Origin: Eledone cirrhosa
Taxonomy: Eukaryota
Direction of reading: 5' to 3'
Length of the DNA stretch: 64,000 bases
NCBI GenBank assembly: GCA_964016885.1
Contig: OZ024743.1
Span: 52,328,001-52,392,000, forward strand
Below the pieces are notes generated by a model. The model was not told where the DNA came from. It saw nothing but the letters and a program-made list of their open reading frames with translations, and made no database searches. A program made the translations under genes and the position numbers. How positions within the stretch are numbered: the stretch's first letter is position 1; the number at the start of each line of letters is the position of its first letter. Positions 26,364 to 38,400 of this stretch are shown here, one piece after another.

Positions 26364-26366
<3 letters not shown>
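23291..26366 (+). mobile_element. RTE LINE copy A, 5'-truncated within the APE endonuclease
   Basis: Open frame to stop at 25968: APE motifs GDLNGHVG, QVDYIL, SQHR; RT motifs FVDLEKAFD, GVHQGSVLSP, YADD; 3' UTR and (GAT)n tail; flanked by (TA)n. Confidence 0.97.
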
Positions 26367-26409
<43 letters not shown>

Positions 26410-26578
26410 TATATATAATATATATATGTATAATATATATATGTATAATATATATATGTATAATATATATATGTATAATATATATATATATAATATATAT
26501 ATATAATATATACACGTCTATAGATATATATAGATTCTCAAAACAATAAAGTGGAATGACTTTGGTTCTTATTCAGAT

Positions 26579-26700
26579 TAATTAGGTGTCCTTGGTAACA
26601 ATTTACCTCATTAATAATTAGGTCACTTTGGTAACAATTTACCTCATTAATAATTAGGTCACCTTGGTAACAAAATAATTAGGTCACATTTGGTAACAAA
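26579..26700. repeat. Short tandem repeat, ~4 copies of aattaggtcactttggtaacaa(tttacctcattaat)
   Basis: Direct reading. Confidence 0.8.
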
Positions 26701-27028
26701 AGCTACCAAATGGCTCTTGCAATTTAATTTATTGCTTAAAGGTATTTAATTTCATGTGTATTTTTACTGCTAATTACTCTTCAACTGTGGTGATGGTAAG
26801 CACCCAGATTGGATAACCCTCTTCCCATATGATAATCCTCTTCCCAGCATATATTGTAACACATTCCCCACCTCCAGCCTTGATTTGATCACAAATCCAG
26901 GCATGGCCACTTAACTGACCCCTTCCTTCTCATGGCCACCACTATTGATCCCTCTGTCATCCCTGAACCCCAGATTGATACTTTCCTCTACAGAATTGAA
27001 AAGAGTGCTGAGGAAGGAGTTCTATGGG

Positions 27029-29370
27029 GTGGAATAGCTGATGCAGTGTGTGTTGCTGGCTATACTCTGCTGTGAGGTGGAATGGCTGATGCAGTGTGTG
27101 TTTCTGGCTATACTCTGCTGTGAGGTGGAATGGCTGATGCAGTGTGTGTTTCTGGCTATACTCTGCTGTGAGGTGGAATGGCTGATGCAGTGTGTGTTGC
27201 TGGCTATACTCTGCTGTGAGGTGGAATGGCTGATGCAGTGTGTGTTTCTGGCTATACTCTGCTGTGAGGTAGAATGGCTGATGCAGTGTGTGTTGCTGGC
27301 TATACTCTGCTGTGAGGTGGAATGGCTGATGCAGTGTGTGTTGCTAGCTATACTCTGCTGTGAGGTGGAATGGCTGATGCAGTGTGTGTTGCTGGCTATA
27401 CTCTGCTGTGAGGTGGAATGGCTGATGCAGTGTGTGTTGCTAGCTATACTCTGCTGTGAGGTGGAATGGCTGATGCAGTGTGTGTTTCTGGCTATACTCT
27501 GCTGTGAGGTGGAATGGCTGATGCAGTGTGTGTTTCTGGCTATACTTTGCTGTGAGGTGGAATGGCTGATGCAGTGTGTGTTGCTGGCTATACTCTGCTG
27601 TGAGGTGGAATGGCTGATGCAGTGTGTGTTGCTGGCTATACTCTGCTGTGAGGTGGAATGGCTGATGCAGTGTGTGTTTCTGGCTATACTTTGCTGTGAG
27701 GTGGAATGGCTGATGCAGTGTGTGTTGCTGGCTATACTCTGCTGTGAGGTGGAATGGCTGATGCAGTGTGTGTTGCTGGCTATACTCTGCTGTGAGGTGG
27801 AATGGCTGATGCAGTGTGTGTTTCTGGCTATACTTTGCTGTGAGGTGGAATGGCTGATGCAGTGTGTGTTGCTGGCTATACTCTGCTGTGAGGTGGAATG
27901 GCTGATGCAGTGTGTGTTGCTGGCTATACTCTGCTGTGAGGTGGAATGGTTGATGCAGTGTGTGTTGCTGGCTATACTCTGCTGTGAGGTGGAATGGCTG
28001 ATGCAGTGTGTGTTTCTGGCTATACTTTGCTGTGAGGTGGAATGGCTGATGCAGTGTGTGTTGCTGGCTATACTCTGCTGTGAGGTGGAATGGCTGATGC
28101 AGTGTGTGTTTCTGGTTATACTCTGCTGTGAGGTGGAATGGCTGATGCAGTGTGTGTTGCTGGCTATACTCTGCTGTGAAGTGGAATGGCTGATGCAGTG
28201 TGTGTTTCTGGCTATACTCTGCTGTGAGGTGGAATGGCTGATGCAGTGTGTGTTGCTGGCTATACTCTGCTGTGAGGTGGAATGGCTGATGCAGTGTGTG
28301 TTGCTGGCTATACTCTGCTGTGAGGTGGAATGGCTGATGCAGTGTGTGTTGCTGGCTATACTCTGCTGTGAGGTGGAATGGCTGATGCAGTGTGTGTTTC
28401 TGGCTATACTTTGCTGTGAGGTGGAATGGCTGATGCAGTGTGTGTTGCTGGCTATACTCTGCTGTGAGGTGGAATGGCTGATGCAGTGTGTGTTGCTGGC
28501 TATACTCTGCTGTGAGGTGGAATGGCTGATGCAGTGTGTGTTTCTGGCTATACTTTGCTGTGAGGTGGAATGGCTGATGCAGTGTGTGTTGCTGGCTATA
28601 CTCTGCTGTGAGGTGGAATGGCTGATGCAGTGTGTGTTGCTGGCTATACTTTGCTGTGAGGTGGAATGGCTGATGCAGTGTGTGTTTCTGGCTATACTTT
28701 GCTGTGAGGTGGAATGGCTGATGCAGTGTGTGTTTCTGGCTATACTTTGCTGTGAGGTGGAATGGCTGATGCAGTGTGTGTTGCTGGCTATACTTTGCTG
28801 TGAGGTGGAATGGCTGATGCAGTGTGTGTTGCTGGCTATACTTTGCTGTGAGGTGGAATGGCTGATGCAGTGTGTGTTGCTGGCTATACTTTGCTGTGAG
28901 GTGGAATGGCTGATGCAGTGTGTGTTTCTGGCTATACTTTGCTGTGAGGTGGAATGGCTGATGCAGTGTGTGTTGCTGGCTATACTTTGCTGTGAGGTGG
29001 AATGGCTGATGCAGTGTGTGTTGCTGGCTATACTCTGCTGTGAGGTGGAATGGCTGATGCAGTGTGTGTTGCTGGCTATACTCTGCTGTGAGGTGGAATG
29101 GCTGATGCAGTGTGTGTTTCTGGCTATACTCTGCTGTGAGGTGGAATGGCTGATGCAGTGTGTGTTGCTGGCTATACTCTGCTGTGAGGTGGAATGGCTG
29201 ATGCAGTGTGTGTTGCTGGCTATACTCTGCTGTGAGGTGGAATGGCTGATGCAGTGTGTGTTGCTGGCTATACTCTGCTGTGAGGTGGAATGGCTGATGC
29301 AGTGTGTGTTGCTGGCTATACTCTGCTGTGAGGTGGAATGGCTGATGCAGTGTGTGTTGCTGGCTATACT
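27029..29370. repeat. 48-bp minisatellite, ~49 copies
   Basis: Unit gtggaatggctgatgcagtgtgtgttgctggctatactctgctgtgag; produces the 783-aa repetitive ORF. Confidence 0.97.
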
Positions 29371-29548
29371 CGGCCGGGTATACTGTTATTGATATACTAC
29401 TGTATATCCACCCGAGGTCCCACTACACTTGTCTGTAGGGTACATTGGACAGGAACCCTGAGTTAGAGATTGATTGGGGCCACCAACATGTGCTTGTAAG
29501 AAACTTAATGAAAATTAAAAATACATGAATGTAGGCCTCTACAATGAT

Positions 29549-29732
29549 GCAGCAGCAGCAGCAGTGGTGGTGGTGGTAGTTGTGGTAGTAGTGGTGGTGG
29601 TGTTGGTAGTGGTGGTGGTGGTGGTGGTAGTAGTGGTGGCGGTAGTAGTAGTAGTGGTAGTAGTAGTAGTAGTAGTGGTAGTGGTGGTGGTAGTAGTGGT
29701 GGTAGTAGTGGTGGTAGTTGTGGTAGTAGTAG
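29549..29732. repeat. (GCA/GTG/GTA)n trinucleotide tract
   Basis: Direct reading. Confidence 0.9.
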
Positions 29733-29799
29733 TCCATCAAGACCTGTCTAAACTGTTCTGTATTTCTGTCTATATCTCTCTCTCTCTCTCTCATTTCAG

Positions 29800-29887
29800 A
29801 CTCAGTGACCTCCTGTTCACCATAGCCAGATATACCAGTATGAAAGATGGTAAAGAAGAGACTATATACAGGAGACCTGCACCATGA
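29800..29887 (+). CDS. MMAB: MMAB last coding exon, (R)LSDLLFTIARYTSMKDGKEETIYRRPAP*
   Basis: Strong acceptor (ct)n-catttcag; phase 2 completes AG+A=Arg from exon 1762-1821; matches the PduO/MMAB motif NRLSDxLFxxAR. Confidence 0.92.
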
Positions 29888-30192
29888 CACACTACACTTA
29901 CTATACTACACTGTCACACTTACTGCACTACACTACATCACAACACTTTTACTACACCACACAGGACTGCAACACTTACTACACTACACTATAATATATC
30001 ACACTTTCTCTATCATATTTCTAATGAAAAACACTGCCTTTGATTTTCAAATAATTTTGAGATATATCAAGATTTTGGTGAGATTTGGTGATATAACTAA
30101 CTTTCTCGTTATCAAGCTGGTGTTTGGAACATAACAAATGATTTTACATAAAATTATGATGGAAAGTTTTCAGATAAATATAAGCACTTTGA

Positions 30193-30198
30193 AATAAA
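30193..30198 (+). promoter_or_regulatory. Candidate polyadenylation signal AATAAA for MMAB
   Basis: First AATAAA I noted, ~300 nt after the stop codon; it lies in repeat-derived sequence. Confidence 0.3.
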
Positions 30199-30391
30199 CA
30201 GTTTTGTGTTGATATCAAAAGAGTTAAAAATGAAATTATTAGTAACTTTAGTGAATCCCTCTAAACTTTATCATTAATGAATTGAAATCCAGTGTATATC
30301 ATAAGAAATATGAAGAAAAGGTTAAAATGAAGAGACATTGTTCAATATAAGGAATATATATATAATGATGATGATGATATGTTACTATATT

Positions 30392-30852
30392 AATTGTTTC
30401 TACTTTTTTTTGGCACACGGCCAGCAATTACCCCAGTTTATTACTGGTACTTTATTTTATCGACCCCGTAAGATAAAATAAAGTACCAGATACCAAACTT
30501 TGCAGCATATAGTTATGGCCTTTGACGGTCTGAGTTCAAATCCTGCCTTTCATCCTTACGTGGTCAATAAAATAAAGCACCAGTAATGCACTGGGGTCGA
30601 TTTAATCAACTTTCCCCCCTCCTAAAATTGTTGGCCTTGTGCCTAAATCAGAAACCATTATTATCAGGTGGATTGGCAGTATTGGTAGAGGGTCGAACGC
30701 CATGCTTTGCAGCATAGAGTTACGGCCCTTGCCATTCTGAGTTAAAATCTTGCCGAGGTTAACTTTGCCTTTCATCTTTACGGGGTCGATAAAATAAAGT
30801 ACCAGTAATGCACTGGATAATTGCTGGCCTTGTGCCAAAAGTAGGAACAATT
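30392..30852. mobile_element. Cluster of SINE family 2 copies (one - fragment, two + copies)
   Basis: 30392-30470 reverse; 30490-30660 and 30666-30852 forward; same core as 9486. Confidence 0.8.
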
Positions 30853-31035
30853 ATCATCATCATCATTGACCTATAATATAAAAGACATTAAACAAAGAAT
30901 TTCATGTATGAACCTGTAATTCCTGATAGAGCTGTAGGGGTGCTATTGTGGCACGCAGGGTGTCTTGGGCAGTTTAAACCATCCCTCTCCATGTAAATAC
31001 AGCTGATTTCTTCCAAAGAAGAGAAATAAATAAAT

Positions 31036-31069
<34 letters not shown>

Positions 31070-31391
31070 GAAGAAACAAGCCAGTACTTGACTGATTCTT
31101 AATTTATTGACCTTAAAAGGATTAAAGGCAAAATTTCCCCCCAACCCCACCCTTCCGCATGATTTTGACTCAGAGCATTGAGGGCAGAAATAGATACCAT
31201 GAAGTATTTTATCGAAAGTCCTAACAACTCTACCAATTTGTTGTCTATGATACTATATGGAGACTACGGTACTATATTGAACTGATTGATTTATTGTAAT
31301 AAACGTTTCATATAATTCTTGGAATATCTGTATTTGACTCATTTATTTATCTATTTATATTTGTTTATTTGTTTATCATTTTGTGGTTTAA

Positions 31392-31602
31392 CCCTTTAGC
31401 ATTTATATTACTCTATATTTACTATTGTATTTTTGTGGTACAGGCTTTATCTTATGTAATTATTTCACATAATATCGAATCTACAAGATTTTGATATTAT
31501 TTATTTTGAGAACAATACCTTAACATCAGTATGAGCAGCCAGTTTGAACAGAAAGAGGTAAGAGAATTCTGGCCGGATATGGCCGGTTTAAATGCTAAAG
31601 AG
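31392..31602. mobile_element. piggyBac-like MITE
   Basis: TTAA-ccctttagcattta ... taaatgctaaagag-TTAA. Confidence 0.85.
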
Positions 31603-31787
31603 TTAAGAAGTTTGCTGCACAACCATAGTTTCAGCTTCTGTCCAACTGCATTGTATTTTTACCAATGACCAATACCTTGTTAGTGAAATTGGTAGATAGA
31701 AACTGTATGAAGCCCATCATATCATTATCATTTATCTTCCATTTTTTTCCATGCTGGTCTGAGTTGGACAGAGAAAGAAAACATGAT

Positions 31788-31868
31788 TACAGTACCTAGG
31801 TTTCCCATATGGTCCTCATGTAAGTCTTAAGTTCCACAATGCTTAACTTCAGTGATCATCTGAGAGTG
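31788..31868 (-). pseudogene. Degenerate 5S rRNA-derived fragment (pseudogene or SINE3 head)
   Basis: ttccca..ggtc..cat..aagt..taa...tgcttaacttc..tgatca..tgaga is collinear with the reverse complement of 5S rRNA as recalled. Confidence 0.5.
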
Positions 31869-31997
31869 AAAATGATGTTTAGTGTTATATATATATTTAT
31901 ATATATGTGTGTGTGTGTGTATATATATAATATAATATAAACAAGTGTACCAAGAAAAATATAGACTTTGGTGAGAAGGGAGAGTAAGAATTTATTG

Positions 31998-32109
31998 GCT
32001 TTAACATATGTTTCTGTGTCTATTATAATAGTCTACATATGCTGACTACAATATACATTGTTCAGTCATATTCATTACTTAATTTAATTTTCATGCGTCT
32101 TCAGAAAGC
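31998..32109 (-). ncRNA. Type I hammerhead-like motif with long domain II
   Basis: Reverse reads gcttt-CTGAAGA-(83 nt with internal hairpins)-GAAAC-atat-GTT-aaagc; 5-bp stem I; palindromic stem III. Confidence 0.55.
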
Positions 32110-32435
32110 TTAAAATTGTTTGTGGTAGTCTCTTTCTAGCATGCGGTAGAATTCAGGAATGAAATGTTCAATTTAAAAATGGTATTTACATTTAATAAAA
32201 TAAAATAAAACAAAAATAAATCAAGTGACAATAAAATAAAATAAAATAAAATAAAATACAATAAGTTAGAGTGATAAGTAGAGAAAGTTATGAAGAGGGG
32301 GGGGGTGTAAAGAGTTTTGCACTATCATTTTATGTGCTGTGATGTGGAATATATATATGTATACTACATATATACATATATATCAACAAAGACAATGGTT
32401 AAATTTTGTTTTATTGCACAGAGGAGATGACTCAG

Positions 32436-35400
32436 GATGAAGTCAGCTATAGATATGCCGTACTACAGAAGACTTGCATCTCTACACATGTCAGATGAAG
32501 TCAGCTATAGATATGCCGTACTACAGAAGACTTGCATCTCTACACATGTCAGATGAAGTCAGCTATAGATATGCTGTACTACAGAAGACTTGCATCTCTA
32601 CACAAGTCAGATGAAGTCAGCTATAGATATGCCGTACTACAGAAGACTTGCATCTCTACACATGTCAGATGAAGTCAGCTATAGATATGCTGTACTACAG
32701 AAGACTTGCATCTCTACACATGTCAGATGAAGTCAGCTATAGATATGCTGTACTACAGAAGACTTGCATCTCTACACATGTCAGATGAAGTCAGCTATAG
32801 ATATGCTGTACTACAGAAGACTTGCATCTCTACACATGTCAGATGAAGTCAGCTATAGATATGCTGTACTACAGACGACTTGCATCTCTACACAAGTCAG
32901 ATGAAGTCAGCTATAGATATGCCGTACTACAGAAGACTTGCATCTCTACACATGTCAGATGAAGTCAGCTATAGATATGCCGTACTACAGAAGACTTGCA
33001 TCTCTACACATGTCAGATGAAGTCAGCTATAGATATGCCGTACTACAGAAGACTTGCATCTCTACACATGTCAGATGAAGTCAGCTATAGATATGCTGTA
33101 CTACAGAAGACTTGCATCTCTACACAAGTCAGATGAAGTCAGCTATAGATATGCCATACTACAGAAGACTTGCATCTCTACACATGTCAGATGAAGTCAG
33201 CTATAGATATGCTGTACTACAGAAGACTTGCATCTCTACACATGTCAGATGAAGTCAGCTATAGATATGCTGTACTACAGAAGACTTGCATCTCTACACA
33301 TGTCAGATGAAGTCAGCTATAGATATGCTGTACTACAGAAGACTTGCATCTCTACACATGTCAGATGAAGTCAGCTATAGATATGCTGTACTACAGAAGA
33401 CTTGCATCTCTACACATGTCAGATGAAGTCAGCTATAGATATGCCGTACTACAGAAGACTTGCATCTCTACACATGTCAGATGAAGTCAGCTATAGATAT
33501 GCCGTACTACAGAAGACTTGCATCTCTACACAAGTTGGATGAAGTCAGCTATAGATATGCTGTACTACAGAAGACTTGCATCTCTACACAAGTCAGATGA
33601 AGTCAGCTATAGATATGCCGTACTACAGAAGACTTGCATCTCTACACAAGTCAGATGAAGTCAGCTATAGATATGCTGTACTACAGAAGATTTGCATCTC
33701 TACACAAGTTGGATGAAGTCAGCTATAGATAGGCCGTACTACAGAAGACTTGCATCTCTACACAAGTCAGATGAAGTCAGCTATAGATATGTCATACTAC
33801 AGAAGACTTGCATCTCTACACAAGTCAGATGAAGTCAGCTATAGATATGTCATACTACAGAAGACTTGCATCTCTACACAAGTCAGATGAAGTCAGCTAT
33901 AGATATGTCATACTACAGAAGACTTGCATCTCTACACAAGTCAGATGAAGTCAGCTATAGATATGCTGTACTACAGAAGACTTGCATCTCTACACAAGTC
34001 AGATGAAGTCAGCTATAGATATGCCATACTACAGAAGACTTGCATCTCTACACATGTCAGATGAAGTCAGCTATAGATATGCCGTACTACAGAAGACTTG
34101 CATCTCTACACATGTCAGATGAAGTCAGCTATAGATATGCTGTACTACAGAAGACTTGCATCTCTACACAAGTCAGATGAAGTCAGCTATAGATATGCCA
34201 TACTACAGAAGACTTGCATCTCTACACAAGTCAGATGAAGTCAGCTATAGATATGCCGTACTACAGAAGACTTGCATCTCTACACAAGTCAGATGAAGTC
34301 AGCTATAGATATGCCGTACTACAGAAGACTTGCATCTCTACACAAGTCAGATGAAGTCAGCTATAGATATGCCATACTACAGAAGACTTGCATCTCTACA
34401 CAAGTCAGATGAAGTCAGCTATAGATATGCCATACTACAGAAGACTTGCATCTCTACACAAGTCAGATGAAGTCAGCTATAGATATGCCGTACTACAGAA
34501 GACTTGCATCTCTACACAAGTCAGATGAAGTCAGCTATAGATATGCTGTACTACAGAAGACTTGCATGTCTACACAAGTCAGATGAAGTCAGCTATAGAT
34601 ATGTCATACTACAGAAGACTTGCATCTCTACACATGTCAGATGAAGTCAGCTATAGATATGCCATACTACAGAAGACTTGCATCTCTACACAAGTCAGAT
34701 GAAGTCAGCTATAGATATGCCATACTACAGAAGACTTGCATCTCTACACAAGTCAGATGAAGTCAGCTATAGATATGCCGTACTACAGAAGACTTGCATC
34801 TCTACACATGTCAGATGAAGTCAGCTATAGATATGCTGTACTACAGAAGACTTGCATCTCTACACAAGTCAGATGAAGTCCGCTATAGATATGCCATACT
34901 ACAGAAGACTTGCATCTCTACACAAGTCAGATGAAGTCAGCTATAGATATGCCGTACTACAGAAGACTTGCATCTCTACACAAGTCAGATGAAGTCAGCT
35001 ATAGATATGCTGTACTACAGAAGACTTGCATGTCTACACAAGTCAGATGAAGTCAGCTATAGATATGTCATACTACAGAAGACTTGCATCTCTACACATG
35101 TCAGATGAAGTCAGCTATAGATATGCCATACTACAGAAGACTTGCATCTCTACACAAGTCAGATGAAGTCAGCTATAGATATGCCATACTACAGAAGACT
35201 TGCATCTCTACACAAGTCAGATGAAGTCAGCTATAGATATGCCGTACTACAGAAGACTTGCATCTCTACACATGTCAGATGAAGTCAGCTATAGATATGC
35301 TGTACTACAGAAGACTTGCATCTCTACACAAGTTGGATGAAGTCAGCTATAGATATGCCGTACTAAAGAAGACTTGCATCTCTACACAAGTCAGATGAAG

Positions 35401-38400
35401 TCAGCTATAGATATGCCATACTACAGAAGACTTGCATCTCTACACAAGTCAGATGAAGTCAGCTATAGATATGCCATACTACAGAAGACTTGCATCTCTA
35501 CACAAGTCAGATGAAGTCAGCTATAGATATGCTCTACTACAGAAGACTTGCATCTCTACACAAGTCAGATGAAGTCAGCTATAGATATGCCATACTACAG
35601 AAGACTTGCATCTCTACACAAGTCAGATGAAGTCAGCTATAGATATGCCATACTACAGAAGACTTGCATCTCTACACAAGTCAGATGAAGTCAGCTATAG
35701 ATATGCCATACTACAGAAGACTTGCATCTCTACACAAGTCAGATGAAGTCAGCTATAGATATGCCATACTACAGAAGACTTGCATCTCTACACAAGTCAG
35801 ATGAAGTCAGCTATAGATATGTCATACTACAGAAGACTTGCATCTCTACACATGTCAGATGAAGTCAGCTATAGATATGCCATACTACAGAAGACTTGCA
35901 TCTCTACACAAGTCAGATGAAGTCAGCTATAGATATGCCATACTACAGAAGACTTGCATCTCTACACAAGTCAGATGAAGTCAGCTATAGATATGCCGTA
36001 CTACAGAAGACTTGCATCTCTACACATGTCAGATGAAGTCAGCTATAGATATGCTGTACTACAGAAGACTTGCATGTCTACACAAGTCAGATGAAGTCAG
36101 CTATAGATATGCCGTACTACAGAAGACTTGCATCTCTACACATGTCAGATGAAGTCAGCTATAGATATGCCGTACTACAGAAGACTTGTATCTCTACACA
36201 TGTCAGATGAAGTCAGCTATAGATATGCCGTACTACAGAAGACTTGCATCTCTACACAAGTCAGATGAAGTCAGCTATAGATATGCTGTACTACAGAAGA
36301 CTTGCATCTCTACACAAGTCAGATGAAGTCAGCTATAGATATGCCATACTACAGAAGACTTGCATCTCTACACATGTCAGATGAAGTCAGCTATAGATAT
36401 GCTCTACTACAGAAGACTTGCATCTCTACACAAGTCAGATGAAGTCAGCTATAGATATGCCATACTACAGAAGACTTGCATCTCTACACAAGTCAGATGA
36501 AGTCAGCTATAGATATGCCATACTACAGAAGACTTGCATCTCTACACAAGTCAGATGAAGTCAGCTATAGATATGCTCTACTACAGAAGACTTGCATCTC
36601 TACACAAGTCAGATGAAGTCAGCTATAGATATGCCATACTACAGAAGACTTGCATCTCTACACAAGTCAGATGAAGTCAGCTATAGATATGCCATACTAC
36701 AGAAGACTTGCATCTCTACACAAGTCAGATGAAGTCAGCTATAGATATGCCATACTACAGAAGACTTGCATCTCTACACAAGTCAGATGAAGTCAGCTAT
36801 AGATATGCCGTACTACAGAAGACTTGCATCTCTACACATGTCAGATGAAGTCAGCTATAGATATGCTGTACTACAGAAGACTTGCATCTCTACACATGTC
36901 AGATGAAGTCAGCTATAGATATGCTGTACTACAGAAGACTTGCATCTCTACACATGTCAGATGAAGTCAGCTATAGATATGCTGTACTACAGAAGACTTG
37001 CATCTCTACACATGTCAGATGAAGTCAGCTATAGATATGCTGTACTACAGACGACTTGCATCTCTACACAAGTCAGATGAAGTCAGCTATAGATATGCCG
37101 TACTACAGAAGACTTGCATCTCTACACATGTCAGATGAAGTCAGCTATAGATATGCCGTACTACAGAAGACTTGCATCTCTACACATGTCAGATGAAGTC
37201 AGCTATAGATATGCCGTACTACAGAAGACTTGCATCTCTACACATGTCAGATGAAGTCAGCTATAGATATGCTGTACTACAGAAGACTTGCATCTCTACA
37301 CAAGTCAGATGAAGTCAGCTATAGATATGCCATACTACAGAAGACTTGCATCTCTACACAAGTCAGATGAAGTCAGCTATAGATATGCCGTACTACAGAA
37401 GACTTGCATCTCTACACAAGTCAGATGAAGTCAGCTATAGATATGCCGTACTACAGAAGACTTGCATCTCTACACAAGTCAGATGAAGTCAGCTATAGAT
37501 ATGCCATACTACAGAAGACTTGCATCTCTACACAAGTCAGATGAAGTCAGCTATAGATATGCCATACTACAGAAGACTTGCATCTCTACACAAGTCAGAT
37601 GAAGTCAGCTATAGATATGCCGTACTACAGAAGACTTGCATCTCTACACAAGTCAGATGAAGTCAGCTATAGATATGCTGTACTACAGAAGACTTGCATG
37701 TCTACACAAGTCAGATGAAGTCAGCTATAGATATGTCATACTACAGAAGACTTGCATCTCTACACATGTCAGATGAAGTCAGCTATAGATATGCCATACT
37801 ACAGAAGACTTGCATCTCTACACAAGTCAGATGAAGTCAGCTATAGATATGCCATACTACAGAAGACTTGCATCTCTACACAAGTCAGATGAAGTCAGCT
37901 ATAGATATGCCGTACTACAGAAGACTTGCATCTCTACACATGTCAGATGAAGTCAGCTATAGATATGCTGTACTACAGAAGACTTGCATCTCTACACAAG
38001 TCAGATGAAGTCAGCTATAGATATGCCATACTACAGAAGACTTGCATCTCTACACAAGTCAGATGAAGTCAGCTATAGATATGCCGTACTACAGAAGACT
38101 TGCATCTCTACACAAGTCAGATGAAGTCAGCTATAGATATGCTGTACTACAGAAGACTTGCATGTCTACACAAGTCAGATGAAGTCAGCTATAGATATGT
38201 CATACTACAGAAGACTTGCATCTCTACACATGTCAGATGAAGTCAGCTATAGATATGCCGTACTACAGAAGACTTGTATCTCTACACATGTCAGATGAAG
38301 TCAGCTATAGATATGCCGTACTACAGAAGACTTGCATCTCTACACAAGTCAGATGAAGTCAGCTATAGATATGCTGTACTACAGAAGACTTGCATCTCTA

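Noticed and set aside
27041-29392. 783-aa ORF (MQCVLLAILCCEVEWL)n as a protein-coding gene
   Set aside because: It is simply the stop-free frame of a 48-bp tandem repeat within the MMAB intron, with no unique coding flanks in that frame
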